Shown here piece after piece: positions 9,940-23,343 of a DNA stretch of 64,000 bases. The notes beneath the pieces were generated by a model. It saw only the letters and a program-made list of their open reading frames with translations. It searched no databases and had not been told where the DNA came from. Each line of letters starts with the position of its first letter. Within the stretch, counting starts at the first letter, position 1. Source of the DNA: Gammaproteobacteria bacterium (GTDB taxonomy: Bacteria; Pseudomonadota; Gammaproteobacteria; Eutrophobiales; Eutrophobiaceae); NCBI GenBank assembly GCA_965222155.1, contig CBDCTH010000012.1, positions 1,248,001-1,312,000 on the forward strand, in the 5' to 3' direction. The position numbers and the translations under genes are program-made.

Positions 9940-11088
9940 ATGAAGATAATCCTCGCCCCAGACTCGTTCAAGGGTAGCCTGACCTCCATGGAGGTTGCCG
10001 AGGCTATGGAAAGAGGCATCAAAAGGGTGCTTCCGGGCGCTGACTGTATAAAGATTCCCATGGCCGATGGTGGGGAGGGAACAGTACAGTCCCTGCTTGA
10101 TGCGGTCGGTGGGGAGTTGATCATCTGTCAGGTCAAAGGTCCTGCCGGACAAAGCGTTACGGCCGGCTATGGGATGCTGGCGGATAACAGCACCGCGGTC
10201 ATTGAAATGGCGGCGGCTTCCGGTTTAGCGCTGGTCAGCGGCAAGACCATGAACCCGTTAAAGACTACCTCGTTCGGGACGGGTGAGCTGATCTGTCATG
10301 CCCTTGACAGGGGGGCGCAGAAAATTATTCTGGGTATTGGCGGCTCAGCCACCAACGATGCCGGCGTAGGCATGGCCCAGGCCTTGGGAGTGGTGTTTCG
10401 CAGCGGGGACGGTCGCATTATCAGACAAAACGGGTCCGGTGGGATGCTGCAAGAAATAGAGTCCGTGGACCTGGAAGACATACACCCGAAACTGCGCCAG
10501 GCTCAAATTCTGGTCGCCTGCGACGTCGACAATCCGCTGTCCGGGGAAAACGGGGCGGCCTGCGTGTTTGCTCCGCAGAAAGGCGCCGATGCGAATATGG
10601 TGAAGCTGCTTGATGACAATTTAAAACATCTGGCAAAGGTCATTATGCGGGAAATGGGTATTGACGTAGATGCCATACCGGGAGCCGGTGCGGCAGGGGG
10701 ACTGGGCGCCGGGTTGTTTGTGTTTGCCGGAGCGGAGCTCAAGAGCGGTATTGAGATCATCAGCAGGGCAACGTCCATTGAGACCCATCTACGCTCCGCT
10801 GAGCTGGTTTTTACCGGCGAGGGCAAGGTGGATTTTCAGACGGCATTCGGCAAGACCCCGGCGGGGATCGCCCGTCTTGCCGGCGAATACGGCGTACCCG
10901 TTATCGCCATCGGCGGCGCTCTGTCGGACGACGCCGGAGATGTGTTTACGCACGGGATCAATGGCCTGGAAGCTGCCATTACAAGAGACATGCCCCTGGA
11001 CGAGGCGTTGGCGAACTCAAGGGAATATATCGCTAATGCGGCAGAGCGGGTTATCCGGCTCATAAAAATCGGACAGGGAATGAAATAA
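9940..11088 (+). CDS. Glycerate kinase (GlxK/GarK family)
   Basis: APDSFKGSL, PMADGGEGT, GIGGSATND and TGEG motifs. Confidence 0.95.
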   Translation: MKIILAPDSFKGSLTSMEVAEAMERGIKRVLPGADCIKIPMADGGEGTVQSLLDAVGGELIICQVKGPAGQSVTAGYGMLADNSTAVIEMAAASGLALVSGKTMNPLKTTSFGTGELICHALDRGAQKIILGIGGSATNDAGVGMAQALGVVFRSGDGRIIRQNGSGGMLQEIESVDLEDIHPKLRQAQILVACDVDNPLSGENGAACVFAPQKGADANMVKLLDDNLKHLAKVIMREMGIDVDAIPGAGAAGGLGAGLFVFAGAELKSGIEIISRATSIETHLRSAELVFTGEGKVDFQTAFGKTPAGIARLAGEYGVPVIAIGGALSDDAGDVFTHGINGLEAAITRDMPLDEALANSREYIANAAERVIRLIKIGQGMK

Positions 11089-11114
11089 TCCACAGATGAC
11101 ACAGATGAGAATAT

Positions 11115-11271
11115 ATCCGCAGATTACGCAGATTAGCGCAGATTAAAATAAGTCTAATTTAACCCATTCGTACGTTCGAAAGATTAAATCTTCATTCGCA
11201 TGGAAACTGAAATTATAGAATTAATACCAATGTATCTGCGTTAATCTGCGTAATCTGCGTAATCTGCGGAT
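11115..11271. repeat. Inverted pair of short CGCAGATT(A) tandem arrays
   Basis: ATCCGCAGATTACGCAGATTAGCGCAGATT at 11115-11144 and inverted copies at 11234-11271. Confidence 0.75.
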
Positions 11272-11280
11272 AATATAATT

Positions 11281-12537
11281 ATGAAACTTTCCAACTTTGC
11301 ACAACGATTTTCAGAGCACTCCGGCATTATCCTGCTTATGGATGATTTGGGAGAGGCAATGGCCGGTGAGCAGGAGGTATTGATGCTCGGCGGTGGTAAT
11401 CCCGCGCATATCGCCGAAGTGCAGACATTTTTCCGGGCTCGAATGCAGCGCTTGCTGGACAGACCGGCCGAGTTTGCCCGTGTCGTCGGTGATTATGACC
11501 CGCCCCAGGGTAATAAAGCGTTTTTAACTGCCCTCGCGGACCTGTTAAATCGCGAATATGGCTGGGGGCTTAGTGCCGACAATGTAGCGCTTACAGCAGG
11601 AAGCCAGTCGGCTTTTTTCCTGTTGTTCAACATGTTCGCCGGTGAGTTTGCCGGTGGCAGCAGGAAGAAAATCCTGTTACCCATGGCGCCCGAATATATC
11701 GGTTACGGAGACGTGGGTCTGGTGGACGATATTTTTATGACGAACAGGCCGACAATCGAAAAGGTGGCAGATCGCACCTTCAAATATCATGTTGACTTCG
11801 ACCGCCTGACCGTGGATGAATCGATCGGCGCTATTTGCGTGTCGCGTCCGACCAACCCGACGGGCAATGTGCTGACGGACACTGAAGTGGCAAAGCTCAT
11901 AGATATTGCCGCGGATAACGCCATACCCATGATAATCGACAACGCCTATGGCATGCCGTTCCCCAATATCATATTCACCGGAGCGGAACTGGTTTGGACG
12001 GATAACATCATTCTTTCCATGAGCCTGTCAAAACTCGGCCTGCCCGGTACCCGCACGGGCATCATCGTGGCACGCCCGGACATCATCAAGACCCTCAGTA
12101 ATATCAACGGCATTCTGAATCTGGCGCCGGAAAGCGTCGGCCCGGCCCTGGCCCTGGACCTGGTCCAATCCGGAGAAGTGACTGAAATAAGCAGAACCCT
12201 TATACGGCCTTACTATGAAGAAAAGGCGAAACGGGCGATCACCCTGCTACATGAGCAATTGGCGGGGGTAGATTACTTTATACACAAGGCTGAGGGCGCA
12301 ATTTTTCTGTGGCTGTGGTTTCCCGGCCTGCCTGTCTCCAGCCTGGAACTGTATCGTCGTCTGAAGCAGCGGGGCGTCCTGATTATCCCCGGGGAGTATT
12401 TTTTCCCCGGGCTGGACGATGATCCCTGGCCCCACAAACAGGAGTGTATACGCATGACTTATTCGATGAATGACGACGTGGTGCGGGAAGGCATTGAAAT
12501 TATTGCGGAGGAGGTAAAGAAGTTATGGAAACTCTGA
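11281..12537 (+). CDS. avtA: Valine--pyruvate transaminase
   Basis: MLGGGNPA, SRPTNPTGN, IDNAYG and SLSKLGLPG.RTG (PLP lysine). Confidence 0.95.
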   Translation: MKLSNFAQRFSEHSGIILLMDDLGEAMAGEQEVLMLGGGNPAHIAEVQTFFRARMQRLLDRPAEFARVVGDYDPPQGNKAFLTALADLLNREYGWGLSADNVALTAGSQSAFFLLFNMFAGEFAGGSRKKILLPMAPEYIGYGDVGLVDDIFMTNRPTIEKVADRTFKYHVDFDRLTVDESIGAICVSRPTNPTGNVLTDTEVAKLIDIAADNAIPMIIDNAYGMPFPNIIFTGAELVWTDNIILSMSLSKLGLPGTRTGIIVARPDIIKTLSNINGILNLAPESVGPALALDLVQSGEVTEISRTLIRPYYEEKAKRAITLLHEQLAGVDYFIHKAEGAIFLWLWFPGLPVSSLELYRRLKQRGVLIIPGEYFFPGLDDDPWPHKQECIRMTYSMNDDVVREGIEIIAEEVKKLWKL

Positions 12538-12650
12538 ACAAGTCCGTCCAGGACTTGCCAGAGTGCGCAAAACAAAAATGTGATTTTTGTTTTGCTTCCA
12601 AAATCAATGACATATAGTCATTGATTTTGACGATACGTCCCTGTATCGTA

Positions 12651-12679
12651 GGAACCTCTGATTAAGTCTCAGAGGTTCC
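12651..12679. repeat. Mini inverted repeat resembling fused IS5-family ends
   Basis: GGAACCTCTGA-TTAAGTC-TCAGAGGTTCC; degenerate twin at 15558-15584; GGAACCTCT also precedes the IS5 fragment at 37361. Confidence 0.55.
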
Positions 12680-12681
12680 TT

Positions 12682-12870
12682 ATGATAAACCTGGATAATA
12701 AAGTCGCGATTATCCCCGGCGGTACTACATTAATAGGCAGAAAAGTTGCCCTCGAATTTATCAGGGCCGGCGCCAGGGTAACGGTTTGTGATATCGACGA
12801 AGCGGGCGGCAGTGAACTGGAACAGGAAGCGGGAGACGGTTTGAAGTTTATCCATGCCGACATTACCGAA
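12682..12870 (+). pseudogene. Short-chain dehydrogenase N-terminal fragment
   Basis: LDNKVAIIPGGTTLIG...FIHADIT Rossmann start that breaks off after about 62 aa. Confidence 0.8.
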
Positions 12871-13999
12871 GCGCCAGCAATACAATCACTCCGAACCAGA
12901 TGAGGTCAAAGCCGTAATAATGAGCCAGGGGTACGAATATCGGCAGTGTCAACATCATCATGGATAACTGCTCCATAAATGCGCCCAGCATAAGCATGAT
13001 GACGAACATGATGAGCAAGGCCGCTATAGGGGTGAGGGTCAAAGTTCCGACCCATTCCACCAGACCTGTTGTTGCGCCTGAAAAAGCAAGCACCTTGCTG
13101 AAAGTGGAAGCGCCAAGAATAATCATGAACATCATCACTGTCACCCGGGTGGCGCCGAGAAACGATTTAATGATGACGTCCGTTGTCAGACAACGAAAAC
13201 AGGCGGCAAGAATGATCACGCCGGCAACGCCGCAGGCTGCTGACTCGGTTGGCGTTGCCCATCCCAGCATGATCATGCCGACCACTAAAAAGACAATGAA
13301 ACTCATCGGCAACACGTCCCTGACAACCAGCAGAACTTTTTGTCCGGATGATATTTCAAACACGTCGTATGCCGGAGCCGCATCGGGGTCCATGCGAATG
13401 CTGATGATGATGTAGATTCCGTATAACGTCGCCAGCAACAATCCGGGGACAATCCCGGCAATGAGTAACAGGCCGATATCGATATAGGCCAGACTACCCA
13501 GTAATACGGCAAGAGCAGAGGGCGGGATAAGTATGGCGAGACCGCCCACACCCAGTATCGGCCCAATGGACAAACGGTTTTTATAACCGCGTTTTTTCAT
13601 TTCCGGCACCATTAAAGTACCTAACAGGGCAGTGGACGCCATACTGGAACCGGACAGTGCAGCAAACATGGTGCCGCCACCTACGGTGACAAAGGATAAT
13701 CGCCCGGGCAGACGGCCAAACAATTTATCCAATGCGTTAAAGGCGCGAAACCCCAACCCGGAATGAAAAAATAACTCACCCATAATCAGGAACAAGGGAA
13801 CGGGAACCAGGGAGAAGCGGGTCAACGCATTCGCCGCGTTCCTGACCAGTTGCGCCAGCCCGGCATCACCTCCCATAAACAACATGACCCCAATAACGTC
13901 CGCGCCCAGAAAGGCAAACGCGACCGGCAAACCCAGTGCAATCAGGAAAATCGTGATGCCGAGCATCAGGGCAAACGCGACAAACCAGATCAGGTACAT
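12863..13999 (-). pseudogene. TRAP transporter large permease (DctM), probably C-terminally truncated
   Basis: PLFLIMG, LIPPS and ATPTESAA; ends at FGVIVLLALR, before the usual G..TPP.G motif. Confidence 0.75.
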
Positions 14000-14030
14000 T
14001 TTTCAGTCTTCCGGACCATCATGGTTTGCG

Positions 14031-14540
14031 TTATTCATGGATCCCGATTTCACCGTCATACATGTTGTCAATCCCTATCAGGTAACGGCTGAACTCAATC
14101 GTTAACAAGAAAAACGAGACAGGCATGATGGCGAAAATCAGCCAGCGCGGCATATCAAATGAGCGAACTTCCTGGTCACCCCTGATCCAGGTTTCAATTG
14201 TCACCTGACCGGCGTAATAGCAAATCAGCACACAGGTGATCAGGCAAAGCAGGTAGCTGAGTCTGGAAATAAATGGCCGTAGCGGCGCAGGTATGACGGC
14301 GATAATCAGTTGCATGTAGACATGGTGCTTTTTTCTGACCAGCCAGGGCGCGCCGAGCAGGGTGACGTAATACAGGCCGTATTCCGTCAACGCCAGTGTG
14401 TGGGTGAACGGCGGCAAGCCGATATTTCGGGCTATAACGTCATACAGTATGAACAGAGTAAGCAGCGCGAGAATCCCCGCGCCCAGCGAGAAAAGGCCGA
14501 ATAACAGCTTTTCGTAAACGCCCCCGGGTTGATGATTCAT
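14031..14540 (-). CDS. TRAP transporter small permease (DctQ)
   Basis: Four hydrophobic segments; located between dctP and dctM. Confidence 0.9.
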   Translation of the reverse strand: MNHQPGGVYEKLLFGLFSLGAGILALLTLFILYDVIARNIGLPPFTHTLALTEYGLYYVTLLGAPWLVRKKHHVYMQLIIAVIPAPLRPFISRLSYLLCLITCVLICYYAGQVTIETWIRGDQEVRSFDMPRWLIFAIMPVSFFLLTIEFSRYLIGIDNMYDGEIGIHE

Positions 14541-15544
14541 TCCTGTTGTGTCTCCTCAGCCCGATAAAATTTGTCGAGCAGTCCCGGATAATGCTCGGGC
14601 GAGCGTTTTTTCAAACGCTGCCAGATCACGTCGTGCGCGAGTTTGCGATACTTTTTTTCACCGGACTGATCCAGTTCGACAATATTCATGCCCAGTTGAC
14701 GCATGCGTTCATCCAATGTCCGGGTTAATTTCCGGAAGCGATGGTAACTGCTTGTCTCATACTCGATGGCAGCAGCGCGCAGAGTGTCCCGAATCTGTGC
14801 AGGGAGTTGTTCCCACCTGTCCTGGTTAAAAATGATGCCCACGTCGCTGGAAAAAACGCCGGGGTCTATACGGTATTGAAGATGTTGGCGCCAGGACGCA
14901 TCTTCAAGACCGATAATCGGCCAACCCAGTCCTTGTATCATATTACGCTCCAGGGCCATATAGATATCCGGCGCGGCCACATTGACAAATTGAGCGCCCA
15001 GATTACTGATAAAGTCACGCCATACCGGTCCACCGCGGATCAGCTTGGAACGAAGCTCTGGTATGCCGTCAGCACCTAACAATGGTTGTTCACGAGTAAA
15101 CACGTGAAATTCGATAAACATGGCGCGAGCCAGGTAACGCACGCCTAACTTTTGCTGATGTATTCTATCCATTAATTCGATACCGCCATTGCTGCGCGTC
15201 TCCCAGGGGGGCAGATTACTGGCGAACAACGCTTCAACCTCCGGCAATAAACCGATGTAATAGGTCGCCGGGCCAAATACCAGGTGCACGACGCCGGTCC
15301 TTACCGCATCAGCCTGTTCAAACGTCGGTATTGCTTCCGGTCCACCGACGAAAATAATCTTGAAATTACCTTCGCCCAGCTTATTGACCTGTTTGATCCA
15401 CTTTTCAAAATCCTGGGTATAGTCGGTTTGTCTGGGCAGCATGCTGACAGCCCGAATGATTTCGACATTCGATTGCTGGCTGCACGCGATCAGCGACAGC
15501 ATGGAAAATAACAGTATCGATTTGATAAGATGGGCAGGAATCAT
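14537..15544 (-). CDS. TRAP substrate-binding lipoprotein (DctP family)
   Basis: Lipobox LIAC; GGPEAIP.FEQ..AVR.G and IYMALER. Confidence 0.9.
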   Translation of the reverse strand: MIPAHLIKSILLFSMLSLIACSQQSNVEIIRAVSMLPRQTDYTQDFEKWIKQVNKLGEGNFKIIFVGGPEAIPTFEQADAVRTGVVHLVFGPATYYIGLLPEVEALFASNLPPWETRSNGGIELMDRIHQQKLGVRYLARAMFIEFHVFTREQPLLGADGIPELRSKLIRGGPVWRDFISNLGAQFVNVAAPDIYMALERNMIQGLGWPIIGLEDASWRQHLQYRIDPGVFSSDVGIIFNQDRWEQLPAQIRDTLRAAAIEYETSSYHRFRKLTRTLDERMRQLGMNIVELDQSGEKKYRKLAHDVIWQRLKKRSPEHYPGLLDKFYRAEETQQE

Positions 15545-15602
15545 ACAATAGAGCTTAGGAGCCTCTGATTAAGTCAGAGTTTCCCTTAATATAACATACG
15601 CT

Positions 15603-16835
15603 GTGAATAATAACGTCGCATCGACAGACACTATGAATTTACCTGCAAGACTGGATGGCCACAGCAAGCCGCAACTGCCGGCAACGCACTATCTGGATAA
15701 CCGTATATATACCGACCCGGCCGTATTCGAACGTGAACAACAGCATATTCTGGCGCCTTCCTGGCGTTTTGTCTGCCATGCCTCCGAGATACCGCAGCCG
15801 TTTGATTATCGCCTGGTTCGGGTTGCCGGCCACGAACTGGTCCTGGTCAGGGGAAAAGACCGGCGGCTTCGAGCCTTCTATAACAGTTGCGCCCATCGTG
15901 GCGCACGGGTGGTCAGGCGATCGGCCGGCAAACTGGAACAGGGGCGCATGACCTGTTTCTATCACCTGTGGAGCTATGATGATAGCGGGCGTTGTACCGG
16001 TATTTCTCGACCTTCAGGCTATCGGAATTCATCAGTGCGAAAAGAAGATGTCAGCCTGAAATCCGTCCGCGTCGAAACGCTGTTCGATCTTGTTTTTGTG
16101 TGTCTGGATGAAGATGCGGGATCATTACAGGATTTTCTCGGAGAATCTGTTATTGACACCATACGTACGCCGTTCGGCATGGCCGACCTCGAAGTATTTC
16201 ATATTCATCGTACGGAAATTCAGGCCAACTGGAAATTGTTCGTTGAAACAAATTACGAGGGATACCACGAATTATTGCACTTATTAAACCGCACCACCGG
16301 CGTTGCGCAGCAGGACTACCAAAAGCGGCAATGGAGGATTCATCCACGCGGACACGTCAGCTTTGATCATGCCAGGATCAGTTACCGGAATTTAAACTAC
16401 GAGCAACGTGAAGACGACAGGGTGCCGGGTATGGAACCTAATGGACATGTGGTAATAAACCTGTTTCCTGATATGTTGTTGAACTGTCGCTCAACCGTGG
16501 TTCGCATTGATTCATTAATACCGTTATCACCCGATCGCACGTTATTGGAATGTCGCGGTTTAGGCCTGGCTAATGACACTGAAGCAGTGCGGGCGATGCG
16601 AGTCCGGCACCATAACCAGGTATGGGGGCCGACCGGGATTAACCTGGCTGAGGATGTCTGGGCAGTGCAGGCGCAAATGCGTAATATGAAAAATGGCAGC
16701 AGCCACTACAGCGTCATCGCACGCGAGGAAGACGGTCCCATGAGTGATTCTTCATTACGTGGTTTTTACGCGGAATGGAGTCGCCTGACCGGTTACAGAC
16801 CATATGATCTCAATACTGTGAACACCGGCACATAG
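15603..16835 (+). CDS. Rieske aromatic ring-hydroxylating oxygenase, alpha subunit
   Basis: CAHRG...CFYHLW Rieske ligands and ANWK....NYEGYHE.LH iron site. Confidence 0.93.
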   Translation: MNNNVASTDTMNLPARLDGHSKPQLPATHYLDNRIYTDPAVFEREQQHILAPSWRFVCHASEIPQPFDYRLVRVAGHELVLVRGKDRRLRAFYNSCAHRGARVVRRSAGKLEQGRMTCFYHLWSYDDSGRCTGISRPSGYRNSSVRKEDVSLKSVRVETLFDLVFVCLDEDAGSLQDFLGESVIDTIRTPFGMADLEVFHIHRTEIQANWKLFVETNYEGYHELLHLLNRTTGVAQQDYQKRQWRIHPRGHVSFDHARISYRNLNYEQREDDRVPGMEPNGHVVINLFPDMLLNCRSTVVRIDSLIPLSPDRTLLECRGLGLANDTEAVRAMRVRHHNQVWGPTGINLAEDVWAVQAQMRNMKNGSSHYSVIAREEDGPMSDSSLRGFYAEWSRLTGYRPYDLNTVNTGT

Positions 16836-16836
16836 C

Positions 16837-17307
16837 ATGTCAGAGGAGATCAATACGCAATTTGAATTGAATCGGTTGATTCATGCTTCTGCGCGTTACC
16901 TGGACAGCCACGATTTCCAGGCGTACCTGGATCTGTACAAGGAAGAGGGCGTCTATACGGTTATTACCAAAGCGCCAGAACTGGCGGAGCCTATGGTATG
17001 GATGCAGCATTCGTGCAGTGAATTACGGGAACGTATTGCTGCCATGACTGAACAGGAATGGGAGATTGCCGATGTGGAACAGACGCGTGTATTGTCTGTT
17101 GACCTGGTTGAAGTTAGCGCAGATACGGCAAATACATCCAGTAGTTTTGCCTTGTACCATACCGACCAGGAGGGCCTTACGTCATGTTATGCGGTAGGTC
17201 GTTATGATGATTGTTGGGAGAAAGATACGAACTCATGGATGTTGCGCAGTCGCCGGGTCGGACTAAAAACCCGGCAACTGAGCATGCCTTCACCATTGCC
17301 CATATAA
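16837..17307 (+). CDS. Ring-hydroxylating oxygenase beta subunit (SnoaL/NTF2-like)
   Basis: A.YLD..DF..YL and GRY.D motifs; coupled to the alpha subunit. Confidence 0.85.
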   Translation: MSEEINTQFELNRLIHASARYLDSHDFQAYLDLYKEEGVYTVITKAPELAEPMVWMQHSCSELRERIAAMTEQEWEIADVEQTRVLSVDLVEVSADTANTSSSFALYHTDQEGLTSCYAVGRYDDCWEKDTNSWMLRSRRVGLKTRQLSMPSPLPI

Positions 17308-17405
17308 AGCTGCTTCCTGGAAAAAAGAGATACATCAGCAACTGCCCTTTTCTTTTTTCGTAATAACTCTTACTATTCATCAGGATTAATTTAAATTGAT
17401 AAAGT

Positions 17406-19724
17406 GTGAAACAGGCATCGAAAAAAAGTAAAATCGACGCAGAGTCAGGAAGCCAATTCGTACGCTATATCAAGGAAATCAGCGTTATTGTCCTGGGAGC
17501 CATCGCGTTATTTATCGCACTGGCATTAATCACCTATCACCCATCGGACCCGGGCTGGTCCCAGGCAGTCAGCGATGCTGAAATCCACAACGGTGGAGGG
17601 ATTGTCGGTGCATATATTGCTAACTTACTGCTTTATATTTTCGGCTACCCGGGCTATTTATTCCCCCTTGTATTTGTCTTTGACGGCTGGCGCATTTTTA
17701 AATCACGCCGGGTTGAGGTATCGGTAACCCGTCTCATAAGAGCAATCAGGATGTTTGGGTTTGTCATGTTGGTTTCCGGTTGCTGCACGTTGGCATGGTT
17801 GCACCTGGAAGCAGGAGCGCACCTGCCCGAGCATTTACCTGATCAAACCAGCAGCGCAGGCGGGATTCTGGGGATTGCCTTTGGTTCAATTCTATTTGAT
17901 GTCTTCAGTTATTCGGGCAGTACCCTGCTTATGCTTACCATTTTGTTGGTAGGAATCACCTTGTACATAGATCTATCGTGGTTGTGGCTGATTGATAAAA
18001 TCGGATATATTACAATAAGAATATCCTCAAAATCATTCATTTATGCAAATAAGTTAAGGCAATATATACATTCTGTGGAAGTCAGGAAGGAAAGAGAAAA
18101 CCTGGTCCGGAAACAACAGAAAAAAATCAGGGACAGGGCGCCGCCGCGCATTGAACCGGTTATGGCTCAAGTGGAAATCAGTGGTCGCGCCGAGGCGGAA
18201 AAACAGGAACCTTTGTTTGAGATGCCGGCTGATTCGGCATTACCACCCCTGGGTTTGCTGGATCTGCCCAAGCCGTCCACGGGCAGGTATTCAGAGGCGA
18301 CCCTTGAGGCCATGTCGCGCCAGGTGGAACTGAAGCTGCTTGATTTCAACATTCAAGTGGACGTGGTAGCGGTTAATCCCGGGCCTGTAATCACCCGGTT
18401 TGAACTGCAGCCGGCGCCGGGAGTGAAAGGCAGCCAGATCAGCAACCTCTCTAAAGACCTGGCCCGTTCACTCTCAGTAGTCAGTGTTCGCGTCGTTGAC
18501 GTGATCCCGGGAAAATCCGTCATCGGATTGGAAATACCCAACGCTACTCGTGAACTGGTTACCCTGAGCGAGATATTGAGTTCCAAAGAATATGAAGAAC
18601 TCAATTCGACTACGGTACTGGGGCTGGGAAAAGATATCAGCGGCCATCCCATTGTCATGGACCTGAGCCGGATGCCGCACCTGCTGGTTGCCGGTACGAC
18701 CGGAGCGGGTAAATCCGTTGCCGTTAACGCGATGGTCCTGAGTCTGCTTTATAAGTCTCCTCCGCGTAAAATCCGCTTGATTATGATCGACCCGAAGATG
18801 CTCGAATTATCCGTATACGAGGGAATCCCCCATTTATTGACACCGGTAGTCACGGATATGAAAGAAGCGGCAAATGCATTGCGCTGGTGTGTGGCTGAAA
18901 TGGAACGCCGTTATCAATTGATGGCGGCTCTGGGCGTGAGAAATATCAATGGTTACAACAAGAAGGTCAATGAAGCCGCCAGCCGGCGCCAACCCCTGCA
19001 AGATCCTTTTCATACGCCCATCGATGACGAGGATGAAGTGCCGGTGTTGGAAGAGCTTCCGTATATCGTCATCCTCATTGATGAACTGGCGGACATGATG
19101 ATGACTGTGGGCAAAAAGGTGGAGGAATTGATTGCCAGGCTGGCGCAGAAGGCCCGGGCCTCCGGCATTCACTTGATCCTGGCCACGCAACGCCCGTCCG
19201 TAGACGTTATCACGGGACTGATCAAGGCCAATATTCCCTGCCGGATTGCATTCCAGGTCTCATCAAAGGTGGACTCCCGAACCATTCTGGACCAGATGGG
19301 AGCGGAAAATCTCCTCGGAAATGGAGATATGCTGTTCCTGCCGCCCGGCACAAGTCTGCCGATAAGGGTGCATGGCGCCTTTGTTGATGATCATGAAGTG
19401 CACAAGGTTGTTGAAAATATCAAGAGGCGCGGCGCTCCGAACTACCTGAATGACATTACCAGGGATCCGGGCGATGGCGGGACAGCGCCCATTCCGGGCC
19501 TGGAAACCGCCTCTGACGATATGGATCCGCTCTATGATGAGGCCGTGCGGATTGTCACGGAAACCCGCAAGACGTCTATTTCCTATATCCAGCGCCGGCT
19601 CAAGATAGGTTATAACCGCGCCGCCAGGATTATCGAAGAAATGGAAGCCAGCGGACTGATAGGCCCACTGCAAGCCAATGGCAACCGGGAGATACTTGCG
19701 GGGCCTCCACCGCCAATGGATTGA
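17406..19724 (+). CDS. ftsK: DNA translocase FtsK
   Basis: N-terminal TM region, [26 protein letters not shown] and gamma-domain IGYNRAARI. Confidence 0.98.
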   Translation: MKQASKKSKIDAESGSQFVRYIKEISVIVLGAIALFIALALITYHPSDPGWSQAVSDAEIHNGGGIVGAYIANLLLYIFGYPGYLFPLVFVFDGWRIFKSRRVEVSVTRLIRAIRMFGFVMLVSGCCTLAWLHLEAGAHLPEHLPDQTSSAGGILGIAFGSILFDVFSYSGSTLLMLTILLVGITLYIDLSWLWLIDKIGYITIRISSKSFIYANKLRQYIHSVEVRKERENLVRKQQKKIRDRAPPRIEPVMAQVEISGRAEAEKQEPLFEMPADSALPPLGLLDLPKPSTGRYSEATLEAMSRQVELKLLDFNIQVDVVAVNPGPVITRFELQPAPGVKGSQISNLSKDLARSLSVVSVRVVDVIPGKSVIGLEIPNATRELVTLSEILSSKEYEELNSTTVLGLGKDISGHPIVMDLSRMPHLLVAGTTGAGKSVAVNAMVLSLLYKSPPRKIRLIMIDPKMLELSVYEGIPHLLTPVVTDMKEAANALRWCVAEMERRYQLMAALGVRNINGYNKKVNEAASRRQPLQDPFHTPIDDEDEVPVLEELPYIVILIDELADMMMTVGKKVEELIARLAQKARASGIHLILATQRPSVDVITGLIKANIPCRIAFQVSSKVDSRTILDQMGAENLLGNGDMLFLPPGTSLPIRVHGAFVDDHEVHKVVENIKRRGAPNYLNDITRDPGDGGTAPIPGLETASDDMDPLYDEAVRIVTETRKTSISYIQRRLKIGYNRAARIIEEMEASGLIGPLQANGNREILAGPPPPMD

Positions 19725-19923
19725 CAATACGAAAATACAGAGAAGATGAGAAAACTGATTTTATCCGCAGATTACGCAGATGAAAGGCATAATATTACTT
19801 CAAGGTTTTGTAAAACCTTGTAGCGAACAAGGAATGCCCGCTAGCCAGTCACAGAGCTTGTCCCGGTATGTCGTAAGCCGAGGGATATAAACATGACTGA
19901 TTACCTCTCGTTTAAATGATTTT

Positions 19924-20592
19924 TTGTTATTCCTGTTCTTCTCTGTGATACCTATAGCTTTTCGATCATTTTATCTGCGTGTATCTGCGTGTATCTGCGG
20001 ATTATTTCTTTGTCTGTCGGTGAACGCAGGCAACAACCCGTTGGATGTCTTTCTCGACGGTCTGGAAACGTTCTCGGCCGATTTTGAGCAAACATTGCTC
20101 GATTCATCGGGTGAAGTGCTGGAAACCACCAAAGGCACTGTGCTACTACACCGTCCCGGCATGTTCTCTTGGTTATACAGCGAACCATACATACAGAAAA
20201 TCATAAGCGACGGCAAGACCTTATGGGTTTATGAGGAAGACCTGGAACAGGTTACAATCAGCGACATGACTGATGCCATTGAAGACACGCCTGCGCTGAT
20301 ATTCAGTGGAAACTACCGCCTGACTGAACATTACGTGATTAATGAACTTGAAAATGGCGATGAACACGCCTGGCTGGAGCTGACACCCAGGGATATTGAA
20401 TCACACTATCGATCGCTGCGCCTGGCATTCTCCGACAATGAACTGACAGCCATGATACTGTTTGACAGCCTGGGGCAGACGCTGTTGATCACATTCATGA
20501 ATGGCAGCAGGAATCCGGACCTGAACAGGGAGCTTTTCCGGTTTGCTCCTGCAGACGATATTGACGTCATAGATGCCAGACAGGCTGATTAA
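19924..20592 (+). CDS. lolA: Outer-membrane lipoprotein chaperone LolA
   Basis: ADFEQ, RPG.F.W.Y..P..Q.I.SDG..LW.Y..DLEQV; ftsK-lolA-rarA-serS synteny. Confidence 0.93.
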   Translation: MLFLFFSVIPIAFRSFYLRVSACICGLFLCLSVNAGNNPLDVFLDGLETFSADFEQTLLDSSGEVLETTKGTVLLHRPGMFSWLYSEPYIQKIISDGKTLWVYEEDLEQVTISDMTDAIEDTPALIFSGNYRLTEHYVINELENGDEHAWLELTPRDIESHYRSLRLAFSDNELTAMILFDSLGQTLLITFMNGSRNPDLNRELFRFAPADDIDVIDARQAD

Positions 20593-20603
20593 CGAGCTTT
20601 CCA

Positions 20604-23194
<2,591 letters not shown>

Positions 23195-23343
23195 CCACAG
23201 GGGACACAGATTGGGCTGAGTAACTTTTTGCGCATGGGTAAACCTGTATGTTTATCGTCATCTTACCCGCTATACAAAAGCAGCCGGGGACAGGTTTAAA
23301 CCTGTCCCCAGTCAATTAAAACGACAGGACTGAGTTGAGATGA

